From the IMG/VR virus record IMGVR_UViG_3300031525_000003: a stretch of 55,312 nucleotides of DNA; one strand, 5' to 3'. Both the position numbers and the translations under genes were made by a program. Positions within the stretch are counted from its first letter, which is position 1. Every line of letters begins with the position of its first letter. Source of the stretch: an uncultured virus (IMG/VR IMGVR_UViG_3300031525_000003) (Duplodnaviria; Heunggongvirae; Uroviricota; Caudoviricetes). Shown here piece by piece: positions 45,199-53,689 of the stretch. A model generated the notes under the pieces. That model saw only the letters and a program-made list of their open reading frames with translations. It had not been told where the DNA came from and made no database searches.

Positions 45199-46269
45199 AT
45201 GGAACGACAGAAGCTCCTGACGCGTGATATGTTCCGCGCGGGCGTTTTCGCCCGTGACGGGCACAAGTGCGTCGTCTGCGGCGTACACGACAACCAGACG
45301 TCGAGCTTCACGAAGGACCACCACAGCGCGCACCACATCGTGGAGCGCCGGTTGTGGCCGGACGGCGGCTACTACCTGGACAACGGCGCAACGCTCTGCG
45401 AGGAGCATCACATCGAGGCCGAGGCGACGACGCTGTCCTGCGATCGGGTGCGCGAGCTGTGCGGGATCACCCGGGTGATCCAGCCGCCGCACCTGCACGA
45501 CGAGGAGCCCGTCGACAAGTGGGGCAACGCGATCTTGCCCAGCGGCATGAGGTTGAGAGGCGAGCTGTTCGACGATCCCTCCGTCCAGAGGGTTCTTGCG
45601 CCCGTGCTGGCTCTCTTCACGGACCGCGTGAAGTACCCGCGCACCTACCATCTGCCGTGGAGCCCGGGCACGACCAGCGATGACCGCGTGCTCGACAGCT
45701 TGGCTGACTTGCAAGGACAGAGCGTCGTCGTGACCGGCAAGATGGATGGCGAGAACACGACCCTGTACCCCGACTACATGCACGCGCGCTCGATCGAGTA
45801 CGACGCGCGTCCCAGCCGGTCCTGGGTGCGGGCGCTGCACGCACGCATCGGGCCCGACATACCGGCGGGTTGGCGCCTCTGCGGTGAGAACCTCTATGCG
45901 AAGCACTCAATCCACTACGAGCGACTCCCGGACTACTTTCTCGTCATGTCGGTCTGGAACGACCGCAACGTCTGCCTGTCCTGGAACGACACGTGTGAGT
46001 GGTCGGAGCTTTTTGGTCTGCGCACGGTGCCGGTGCTCTACGAGGGCCCGTGGGATGAGCGTGCCGTGCGAGCCTGCCAGAAGGACAGCCTGGGCGGCGA
46101 TCCATGCGAGGGCTACGTGGTGCGCGCTGCCAGCGAGTTTCACTACCGGGAGTTTCGCCGCAAGGTCGGCAAGTACGTACGGAAGAACCACGTGCAGACG
46201 CACGGGCATTGGATGCGCTCGCCGCTCGTGAAGAACGGCCTGGCTGAGCCCAATCGCTTGCCTCGGTAG
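45199..46269 (+). CDS. HNH domain fused to ATP-dependent RNA ligase
   Basis: N-term CVVC..AHHI..NG.TLC..HH; ligase KYPRT.HLPWS, KMDGEN, GENLYA.HS, EGYVVR, KYVR..HVQT. Confidence 0.9.
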   Translation: MERQKLLTRDMFRAGVFARDGHKCVVCGVHDNQTSSFTKDHHSAHHIVERRLWPDGGYYLDNGATLCEEHHIEAEATTLSCDRVRELCGITRVIQPPHLHDEEPVDKWGNAILPSGMRLRGELFDDPSVQRVLAPVLALFTDRVKYPRTYHLPWSPGTTSDDRVLDSLADLQGQSVVVTGKMDGENTTLYPDYMHARSIEYDARPSRSWVRALHARIGPDIPAGWRLCGENLYAKHSIHYERLPDYFLVMSVWNDRNVCLSWNDTCEWSELFGLRTVPVLYEGPWDERAVRACQKDSLGGDPCEGYVVRAASEFHYREFRRKVGKYVRKNHVQTHGHWMRSPLVKNGLAEPNRLPR

Positions 46270-46271
46270 AA

Positions 46272-46318
46272 CCGAATTTGTACTCACCGTCCGAGTGCTG
46301 GTAGACTCGGAGCCATGG
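46272..46318 (+). promoter_or_regulatory. duplicated 47-bp promoter/start cassette, copy A
   Basis: 42/47 identical to 46719-46765; TTGTAC-N18-TAGACT-N7-ATG; inverted repeat CCGAGT..ACTCGG. Confidence 0.8.
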
Positions 46319-46716
46319 TCTCGAAGCGCAGCAGCCGAAGATCGAGCCGTAGTGCGGGCCATGCGCTCCCATACGGCGCTCTCCGACGCCTGACCGATGC
46401 CGAGTTTGACGTGCTCCGTCGCGTGCTCGCGGCCGGCGGCAGCGTGGATTTCGAGCTGTCGCAAGGTCGGCGGGCCGGCCACCGCCTCCGGACGTCGACG
46501 GTCAACCGTCTGGTCACGGATGGCCTTCTGCGACGCGAAGAGATCACGGTATGGGACCACGGGAAGAGGGCTTCGACGCGCGGGGCGCTCTATCGCCCGA
46601 GACGACTGGGGGGGCCTGCGTTGGACTGGCGCTACTTCGCCACGGCGGCGGGCATCAAGGCGTTCAACGCGGAGGCGGGCGCGCGTCTGTTGGCCGCGGA
46701 GGGCGTTCGCCTCTAG
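46315..46716 (+). CDS. SR-tagged hypothetical protein (winged-helix-like)
   Basis: N-term SKRSSRRSSRSAGHA; LTDAE..VL...TVNRLV.DGLL...T.AG. Confidence 0.7.
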   Translation: MVSKRSSRRSSRSAGHALPYGALRRLTDAEFDVLRRVLAAGGSVDFELSQGRRAGHRLRTSTVNRLVTDGLLRREEITVWDHGKRASTRGALYRPRRLGGPALDWRYFATAAGIKAFNAEAGARLLAAEGVRL

Positions 46717-46718
46717 GC

Positions 46719-46765
46719 CCGAATTTGTGCCCGCCGGCCGAGTGCTGGTAGACTCGGATCCATGG
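46719..46765 (+). promoter_or_regulatory. duplicated 47-bp promoter/start cassette, copy B
   Basis: TTGTGC-N18-TAGACT-N7-ATG; 42/47 identical to copy A. Confidence 0.8.
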
Positions 46766-47166
46766 CCTCGAAACGCGCCACCAAACGGTCCAGTCGTCGC
46801 AGCTCCCGGAAGGGCGCTCGTCGCCACGGCAACGCGGCCGCGACGGGCCAGCGTGCGCTCATCGCTCGCTTTCCGGTCACGCGCCTGCACCTCAACAACG
46901 GGGGCTACACATCGAGCGGCCAATACTACGGCCAAGGCGTGCCCCTCTTCGAGGTGTGGGACGAGCAGGACGGTCTGGTGGGGGTCGTTCGGGCGCAGTC
47001 GGCTGCGGAGGCGCGGGAGAAGGCGATCGCCGGCTGGATGCGCACCCAGAACTGGTCGGGCCAGTACGGCCGCAAGGTCTGGAGCCCGACGACCGTCACC
47101 ATCAAAGAGGACTACAACTACAACTCACGTCAGTACGGTGGCCCGGGGCCGTTTCTGCATCGGTGA
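46762..47166 (+). CDS. SR-tagged hypothetical protein
   Basis: N-term KRSSRRSSRKGARRHGNA; LN.GGY..SG.Y.G.G.PL...VRA....AREKA. Confidence 0.75.
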   Translation: MASKRATKRSSRRSSRKGARRHGNAAATGQRALIARFPVTRLHLNNGGYTSSGQYYGQGVPLFEVWDEQDGLVGVVRAQSAAEAREKAIAGWMRTQNWSGQYGRKVWSPTTVTIKEDYNYNSRQYGGPGPFLHR

Positions 47167-47217
47167 GAGTCTCGGCGTTTTCAGGCGCCACTACGCTGGT
47201 CGCGCTAGGATCGAGCT

Positions 47218-48738
47218 GTGGGTCACACGTTTCGTAAGCCTCTGCCTCCGGACGAACAGCTCGCGCTGGTCAAGCGCGCGCAGCGCGGAGATCTGCGTGC
47301 TCGGCACCTTCTCACCGAGACGAGCATGGCGTTCGTGTACCATGTGGCGGGGAAGTTCTCGCGCGGTCGCAAGGACGTGCTCGACGACATGGTGGGCGCG
47401 GGCGTGGTGGGCCTCCTGGAGGCGCTCGACCGTTTCGATCTCAAGCGTTCGAACAGGTTTCTGACCTACGCCGGCCCGTGGGTGCGCATGCGGATGCACG
47501 AGCGGATGCTTGCGGATGCGAGTCCGCTGGGGGGAGGGCGGTCGGCGTACGAGCAGGATCGCACCACCATGAACGCGTACAACCGGGCGCGCGCTCTTGG
47601 TCTGGAAAACTCGGAGGCGATCGAGGAGACGGCCAAGGAGACGGGCCGGACCGAGTCGGACGTACGGGACCGCGTGGCTCGACGTCGCCGGACGTTTGGG
47701 CATGAATCGTTCGACGCGCCCATCGGCAACGACGCCGCGACCTTGGGCGAAACGTTCGTCTCGCCGGACGAGCCGGTGGACGAAGTTCTGTCGGACGAGG
47801 AGGGGCGACGCGCCCTGCGGGCGCGCCTGGCCCAGCTGAAGTTTTCGGAGAAGGAGCGCGCAGTGGTCGAGCACCGCCTCATGGGGGGCGAGAGCTTGGG
47901 GCAGGTGGCCGCGCGACTGGGCGTCAGCCGCCAGCGCGTCCAGCAGATCGAAGCCAAGCTCGTGGTGCGGCTCCGCAAGTACCTGGCGCCGGATCTGGTC
48001 GAGGCGCAGCCGCTTGTGCTGGGGAGTGCGTTCAGCGAGCGGCTGACGTTGCCGGCGAGCGTGCCTACATCCGCGTTTGTGCCGCGCTCGGGTGCTGCCG
48101 GCGTGGAGCGGAGTGTGCCTGCCCCGCGTGCCGCTCCATTGCACCCCAAGCCACCGGCCGAGAGGCTCTGCAGGTGCTCGCATCCGGAGAGCTGGCACGG
48201 TGCGGGGCCCTGCGGGCACGGTTGCGGCTGCGTGGCCTTCGATGCCCGATGGCGCGGCCGTTCCCCCAGCGCCATTGCGGACGCGGAGGACGATCTCGCG
48301 CCGGGCTCATGTCCGGCGGTCAAGTCGGAGAAGATGCATCGTCCCTGCGGTCGGCCGGCGATCTACGGTGCTCTCTGTGTTTTTCATGGGATGCGCGCGG
48401 AGCGCGGAGAGGAGGTACTCCTCTACGTGCCGCTTCGCGAGAGCGTCGACCGCCTCTGGCCATCCATGACGGAGGACGAACGCATCGTTGCCAAGTCGTA
48501 CGTGCTGGAGCACGAGCATGTGGACCATGTGGCGAGGTTGATCCACGACACGCGGACGCAGGTCCATCATCTTGCGGCGAGCTTGACGAAGCGCCTCCGG
48601 GCTGCGGAGAGGTCCGCACCCGTGTCGCCGCCGGAGACCGTCACGACGGCAGCGCCCCACGAGCCGCCGCCCGAGATGGGCAAGGTGCTTCTGTTTCGTC
48701 GAGCGCGCGAAGGGTTTCAGCGGAGGACTGCGACGTAG
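47218..48738 (+). CDS. sigma-70 family RNA polymerase sigma factor with long C-terminal extension
   Basis: AQRGD..AR..L, D.V.AG.VGLLEAL.RFD.....F.TYA..W.R, S.DAPI, LS..ER.V+..R.....L.QVA..LGVSRQRVQQIE. Confidence 0.9.
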   Translation: MGHTFRKPLPPDEQLALVKRAQRGDLRARHLLTETSMAFVYHVAGKFSRGRKDVLDDMVGAGVVGLLEALDRFDLKRSNRFLTYAGPWVRMRMHERMLADASPLGGGRSAYEQDRTTMNAYNRARALGLENSEAIEETAKETGRTESDVRDRVARRRRTFGHESFDAPIGNDAATLGETFVSPDEPVDEVLSDEEGRRALRARLAQLKFSEKERAVVEHRLMGGESLGQVAARLGVSRQRVQQIEAKLVVRLRKYLAPDLVEAQPLVLGSAFSERLTLPASVPTSAFVPRSGAAGVERSVPAPRAAPLHPKPPAERLCRCSHPESWHGAGPCGHGCGCVAFDARWRGRSPSAIADAEDDLAPGSCPAVKSEKMHRPCGRPAIYGALCVFHGMRAERGEEVLLYVPLRESVDRLWPSMTEDERIVAKSYVLEHEHVDHVARLIHDTRTQVHHLAASLTKRLRAAERSAPVSPPETVTTAAPHEPPPEMGKVLLFRRAREGFQRRTAT

Positions 48739-48745
48739 CCCCCCC

Positions 48746-48982
48746 ATGCGTATCTGGTTCACGCGCGTTGCGTTTGCTGCCGCAGTTGTAGGCGTGCTGG
48801 GCTGCGACCGCGTGTGGACATACAGCCAGGACGCGTACCCGCCCGAGAAGCGGGGACGGTGCGTGCAGGCGTGGTCGAGCGAGAAGTACGACGACGGGAT
48901 GATGACCTGCTGCACGAAGGCGAATCTCGCGGGCGCGCACTACTGCCACTTTCACACCCGGTTGGGAGACAACATCGAGTGA
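48746..48982 (+). CDS. small Cys-rich lipoprotein
   Basis: signal ending VLGC. Confidence 0.5.
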   Translation: MRIWFTRVAFAAAVVGVLGCDRVWTYSQDAYPPEKRGRCVQAWSSEKYDDGMMTCCTKANLAGAHYCHFHTRLGDNIE

Positions 48983-49010
48983 CGACGTACCCCGGCGTCT
49001 GGTGGTTCTT

Positions 49011-49541
49011 TCACCGCGCCCGGATCTTCGAGACCCAGGCGACGGCTTCGCGTCCCGTCAAGCCAGCGCGCATGAGGACGCCGTGCGCTATTGCTGCGCG
49101 TCCCTTGAGGGCGAGCGCACGCACCTGATCTTCCAGATCGCGGTCCAGGACGATGATGTCCGGTTGGTCCGGGCCGCCGTCCATGCGGCGGATGCGATGG
49201 CCGGGCGTGGCGTTGCCTGAGCGGCGCGAGGACCGAGAACTCCGCTTGCTGCCGCTCTTCTTGCTGAACCTCTTGTTCTCCCTCTCGATGTCCTCCGCAG
49301 ACGGCTCGGTGTGCTGGTGAAAAGGCATGTACCCAGGAGTCTGGATGCCCGCCAGCCTGCACTTTCTGGGATCGCAGTAGTCGTGCCCGTAGCACTCGCA
49401 CCGCTTCTCCTGGTGCGTGCGCGTCGCGCGGTGCTTTCGGGCGGCCCACTCCTGGGAGCCAGAGTGCCCGCAGCCCCAGGAGTTCACACGACCGCAAACG
49501 TCGCAGCGTCCTGCCCCAAAACCCTGCGGCTTGTCGCTCAT
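49011..49541 (-). CDS. protein with internal SR tag
   Basis: TTGATT-N18-TACCAT-N7-ATG upstream; internal SKRSSRSSRRSGNA. Confidence 0.7.
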   Translation of the reverse strand: MSDKPQGFGAGRCDVCGRVNSWGCGHSGSQEWAARKHRATRTHQEKRCECYGHDYCDPRKCRLAGIQTPGYMPFHQHTEPSAEDIERENKRFSKKSGSKRSSRSSRRSGNATPGHRIRRMDGGPDQPDIIVLDRDLEDQVRALALKGRAAIAHGVLMRAGLTGREAVAWVSKIRAR

Positions 49542-49581
49542 AACTTGGATGGTACTCGGACGACGCCTCTGGAATCAACAT

Positions 49582-50775
49582 TCAGGCCGGCGGCTTGCGC
49601 CCGGCGCCGACGAGACGCTCCGGCGTCTCGCCATCTTTGAGCTTCTGGACGAGCGTGACGACGGACCAGCCGCTCTTCACCGCCAGCTCGTTCAACGTGA
49701 TGCGCGCACCATCGAGCGTGTAGCGCGATACGGCAGAGCCTGGTCGCGGCCCGGATCGTTCGCGTGGCGAGGACACGGCTTCCTCGGGCGTCATCTTCCC
49801 CTTTTCCATCCGACGGCGAAGCGTGTTCGTCGAGTAGCCGGAGAGAGCTTCCATCTCCAGGAGGGTCAGCATCTGCCCGAAGACGTCGTACCGTTTGAGG
49901 TGAAGCCCCTCCCTGCGCAGGCAGCCGCAGGACCAGGTCTGCTCGTTCCCGTGCACGAGCCAGGATGTGCGCACGTTCTCGACGAGGACGCCCGTGCACG
50001 AGCAGCGGCAGGTCCACACCCGCTCTCTCCGGCCGTTTTTCATGGTCTTGACGGCCGGGGCGATGACCGTCAGCCGGCCGAACTCGCGATCGACGAGGTT
50101 GACCCCGGTGCCCAGGAGCTGGCGACCGACGAGGCAGCCGCACGACCTCACCTTGCCACTGCGGAGATCGTGCCCGTACGCGCGGACTTCCTTGCCGCTT
50201 CCGCACGAACAGGAGCACCGCCAGCGCGTGGCGCGATGGGGCCTTCGGTCGTAGACGCCCACGACGGTGAGCTTCTCGAACTCCCGATCCGTGAGGTTTT
50301 CCTCGGCGCGTTTCTTCGGCATCGCGACGATCTGCGCGGGTGTGTCGCCGGCCTTCAGCCGTCGGTTCACGGACCCCACCGAGATGCCGCAGAGCGCGGC
50401 CAACTTGGAGGCCACGATCTTATCGCCGTGCAGATCGAGCTGCCTCTCGCCGCGCCGCCTGGGACCCGCAAGGACGTCCTCGACGGACATCCCGCTGTCG
50501 AGTTTGTGGCACACGCTGGTGACCGAGAGATGGGCGCGCAGTGCGAGCTGCTCGCAGGTGATGGTCTCGCCGGCATGCTCGACGAGCCGCTGCTTGCGAG
50601 GGGTGGCCTCCTTGCGCGATCGCGGGCCGAAGGCGGCGACTTCGGGTGTCATGCCGTCCCTGATGCGCGCGAAGATGTTGCTTGGCGAGCGCTCGGAGCG
50701 AGCCGCGAGGTCGCGCAGCGACAGACGCTCACCACGGACGTCGTAGAAAATGGCGGGCTTGGAGCCACGGCTCAT
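49582..50775 (-). CDS. multi-repeat DNA-binding protein (5 HTH-like repeats plus 2 Cys modules)
   Basis: G....L.ELA...G.S......R...G..PE x5; L..REF..LTV...W.C.C.C...L..G...SCGC x2. Confidence 0.8.
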   Translation of the reverse strand: MSRGSKPAIFYDVRGERLSLRDLAARSERSPSNIFARIRDGMTPEVAAFGPRSRKEATPRKQRLVEHAGETITCEQLALRAHLSVTSVCHKLDSGMSVEDVLAGPRRRGERQLDLHGDKIVASKLAALCGISVGSVNRRLKAGDTPAQIVAMPKKRAEENLTDREFEKLTVVGVYDRRPHRATRWRCSCSCGSGKEVRAYGHDLRSGKVRSCGCLVGRQLLGTGVNLVDREFGRLTVIAPAVKTMKNGRRERVWTCRCSCTGVLVENVRTSWLVHGNEQTWSCGCLRREGLHLKRYDVFGQMLTLLEMEALSGYSTNTLRRRMEKGKMTPEEAVSSPRERSGPRPGSAVSRYTLDGARITLNELAVKSGWSVVTLVQKLKDGETPERLVGAGRKPPA

Positions 50776-52166
50776 TCACTTACGCTGACGCGGCCGTTGA
50801 AGCGGTCGTACTTCGCGCGGAAGACGCGGTCCGCCCATTCTTCGGGCAAGCCTTTGCGCGCTGCAAACTGGTGGATGCGCGTGCGGTCGCGGTCGCGCTC
50901 GGCCTGGGTGGGGACATACTCGACGAGCTGCCCGGCGTGCTCCTTGGGTACGTCGGCGCGGGGCAGATCGGCGCCGCACTCCGTGCAGGTCGTGCATCCG
51001 GCGTGGATGACGGCCTGGCAGACTTCGCAGCACTTGGCGGGCGGGAGGCCTTGGTCCTCAGCGGTGACCATGCGGTCCGGTGTCAGCTTCCATTCGCGGT
51101 CGAGGTAGGGGAGGTTCAGGGCGGGCCGGAGTGCGTTGCCAGCGTGGTCCAGGATGAGCGGCGTCAAGCCTTCCCATGGTCGCATGCATCGGCCGCTCTG
51201 CTGGAGATGGAGGTTGAGGCTGCGGGTGGGCCGCGCCATGACGACGCATTTGCATCGGGGCGAGTCCCAGCCCTCGGAGAGGATGTTGACGCAGCTGAGG
51301 ATCTGCACGTCCCCGCGCTCGAACTCCTCCAGGTACTGCTGTCGCTCCTGGCGAGGCGTGCGCTGGTCGAGGTGTCTCACGCGGATGCCGGCGCGTTGGA
51401 AGGCCTTCACGATCTGGTGGGAATGCTCGATGCTCACGGCGAAGATCACCGTGCTCATCCCGGCTGCGCGGGCCTTCCAGTGATCGACGATGTTGCCGAC
51501 AAGCCCGCGGGCGAGCATGGCGCGGCTGAGGGCTCGGCTCTCGTAGTCGCCTCGCACGACACGGACGCCCGTGAGATCTGGCTGAAACGTGGTGGGTACG
51601 GTGAAGACGCGAGGGGCGACGATCCAGCCGCCGTCGATGAGCTGCCCGTACTGGGCCGCCACGATCATCTTGTCGTAGTCCTCGCCGAGCCCGCGCCCGT
51701 CCATGCGGCACGGGGACGCGGTGACGCCCAGGCGGAAGGCGTCGCTGTAGAGTGTGCGGAGAGCGCGACGGGAGTCGGCGGCGTCCCGGTGAGCCTCGTC
51801 GGTCACGACGACGTCGGCGGGTGGTTTGTCACGCCCGCGCAGCGTGTCGACACTGGCGATCTGGATGGGCGCGTTTGGGCGCACCCGCCTGTCCATGGAC
51901 ATGATGACGCCCACCAGCTCCTCGTGGACGCCGGCCTCGTGCACCAGGTGCTTGTAGTGCTGCTCCACGATCTCGCGGCGGTGGGCGGCAACGAGTGCGG
52001 TCATCCCGCCGTCGACCACGGCGTGCAGCAGGAACGCCCCGGTGATGATGGTCTTGCCGCCACCCGGCGGGCAGACGAGGAGGAGTCGTCCGCTGGGCTG
52101 GTCGGACGCGTACTCGAAGCAGTCGCCGACCGCTTTGTCCTGGTAGTCGCGGAGCTGAATCGCCAT
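50772..52166 (-). CDS. SF2 DEAH helicase with C-terminal Zn ribbon
   Basis: LRDYQ, PGGGKT, DEAH, TASP.R.DG, LSEGWD.P, Q..GR.MR, ILDHAGN, CEVC...CTECG. Confidence 0.93.
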   Translation of the reverse strand: MAIQLRDYQDKAVGDCFEYASDQPSGRLLLVCPPGGGKTIITGAFLLHAVVDGGMTALVAAHRREIVEQHYKHLVHEAGVHEELVGVIMSMDRRVRPNAPIQIASVDTLRGRDKPPADVVVTDEAHRDAADSRRALRTLYSDAFRLGVTASPCRMDGRGLGEDYDKMIVAAQYGQLIDGGWIVAPRVFTVPTTFQPDLTGVRVVRGDYESRALSRAMLARGLVGNIVDHWKARAAGMSTVIFAVSIEHSHQIVKAFQRAGIRVRHLDQRTPRQERQQYLEEFERGDVQILSCVNILSEGWDSPRCKCVVMARPTRSLNLHLQQSGRCMRPWEGLTPLILDHAGNALRPALNLPYLDREWKLTPDRMVTAEDQGLPPAKCCEVCQAVIHAGCTTCTECGADLPRADVPKEHAGQLVEYVPTQAERDRDRTRIHQFAARKGLPEEWADRVFRAKYDRFNGRVSVSE

Positions 52167-52176
52167 GAAACGAATA

Positions 52177-52206
52177 TGTTATACCATCGGTCAGACACGA
52201 GCGCAA
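52177..52206 (-). promoter_or_regulatory. sigma70-type promoter overlapped by 21-bp dyad site (copy 6)
   Basis: minus strand TTGCGC-N17-TATAAC; dyad 52177-52197; ATG 11 nt after the -10. Confidence 0.75.
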
Positions 52207-52371
52207 CGAAACGGAATCCCTACACTTCCCATGGCTTGACGCGCCGGAACGACACGTGCAACGGGGCGTGCCTTTGGAGGGGAAGGCCGTGCGGAGCATT
52301 TACAGCAAGACCGGGATCTTCAAGAGCGCACCGGGCTTTCAGAATGAGATCAGCGGCGGCTTGACCGCGAT

Positions 52372-52734
52372 TCAGGTGCTCGGTCGTCGCAGTTTGCGTG
52401 GCCGTCGGTGCATCTTGTTGCGCCCCTCGCGGCCCCGGAACCCGAAGCGCTCGTAGAAGCGTCGCAGGCGCGGCACGGAGGAGCCCCACCAGGCCTCGGG
52501 TGTCAGCGAGAGAGGGTATTCGTTCGCGTCGGCGAACCGGATCAGCTGCTCCATGACCGCCGTCGCGTGTCCATGGCCTCGGAACGGAGCGTAGATCTCG
52601 ATCTTGTCCAGCGAGATCCCCATGCCGAGCCACAGCTCACCGATCTGTTGTCCGTCGTAGTAGAGGTCGTTGTGCCCACGGATGGAATACGGGCCGGAGC
52701 GGTTGAACTCGTCGATCACGGACGGGTGCACCAT
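52372..52734 (-). CDS. GNAT acetyltransferase
   Basis: I.I...FRGHGHAT..M..L...AD...L.RFYERFGF. Confidence 0.85.
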   Translation of the reverse strand: MVHPSVIDEFNRSGPYSIRGHNDLYYDGQQIGELWLGMGISLDKIEIYAPFRGHGHATAVMEQLIRFADANEYPLSLTPEAWWGSSVPRLRRFYERFGFRGREGRNKMHRRPRKLRRPST

Positions 52735-52812
52735 GTCTGTGAGGCTACCGCGAACGGCCCGAGAGCACCTATTTTGACGCTGCTCCGATGGTACTGGTAC
52801 CGTTGGAACGGC

Positions 52813-53673
52813 ATGTCAGGCAACCGCAGGTCCAGTCGCGGCTCCAGGCGGTTCGGGAACACCGCGGGCCGGATGGATCTGCGACGACTGCAGGAGATCG
52901 CGACGCGGTACGGCCTGGACGTCATGTTCATCGTCGACCAGAAGGATGACGATCGTGTCCCCAGGGACACGCCCGTCATCGTGAGCCAGTTCACACGCGG
53001 CGTAGGGACCGAGAACATCGCGCAGTACCGGACGACGTCGGTGGGGTACCTGAAGGCTCACGGCGGCTACACCCCGAACCCGGAGCACGTGGGTCTGGAC
53101 TTCAAGGGCGGCTACCGGATCAGCGACAGCCACTTCGCGGACTGGCACTTCTTCCTGGAGGGCAAGCCGGCGCACCCGGAGGACGATCCGCGGACCCCGT
53201 GGGCGCGCCTGGGCGCCTACGAGTGGACGCGTGACGGTCGCAGGGTTCGCCACACCGAGGCGCACGCGCTCGCTCAGGCGATGCAGGATGCTGCGACCAG
53301 CCAACATAGCAGCCGGCACGCGATGGCGTCCGGCGAGCCCGTCGCCCGGCGCAGAAACGCGTCGCCGTCGCGCCCGAAGGCCCCGCGCACGTCGCGCGCG
53401 GCGATCCCGCCGTCTGCAGCCCAGGCGCTCATCGCGGCGCTTCAGGCGAGGCAGGGCACAGTCATCGACGGCGGGGTGCGGGTCATCGGACCGAACAGGT
53501 TTACGTCGTACATGGATACGCTGATGAAGGCCGTGGCTGCGGCGGGCGGGGAACGCGAGAGCGCGGAGCGCGAGCTGCGTCGCGGGGAGATCGAGGTCGT
53601 GTCGGAGATGCCAGGTCTCGGTCGCAAGCACGCGATCGTCGAGTACGTCGTCCATCCGGGGCTCGTCCTGTGA
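52813..53673 (+). CDS. SR-tagged two-domain hypothetical protein
   Basis: TTGACG-N18-TACCGT-N9-ATG upstream; N-term RRSSRGSRRFGNT. Confidence 0.75.
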   Translation: MSGNRRSSRGSRRFGNTAGRMDLRRLQEIATRYGLDVMFIVDQKDDDRVPRDTPVIVSQFTRGVGTENIAQYRTTSVGYLKAHGGYTPNPEHVGLDFKGGYRISDSHFADWHFFLEGKPAHPEDDPRTPWARLGAYEWTRDGRRVRHTEAHALAQAMQDAATSQHSSRHAMASGEPVARRRNASPSRPKAPRTSRAAIPPSAAQALIAALQARQGTVIDGGVRVIGPNRFTSYMDTLMKAVAAAGGERESAERELRRGEIEVVSEMPGLGRKHAIVEYVVHPGLVL

Positions 53674-53689
53674 GCGGGACGTTCGGCGG

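Noticed and set aside
49417..52364. Long plus-strand ORFs 49417..51108 and 50682..52364
   Set aside because: These are shadows of the minus-strand helicase and HTH-repeat genes, which carry clear motifs.
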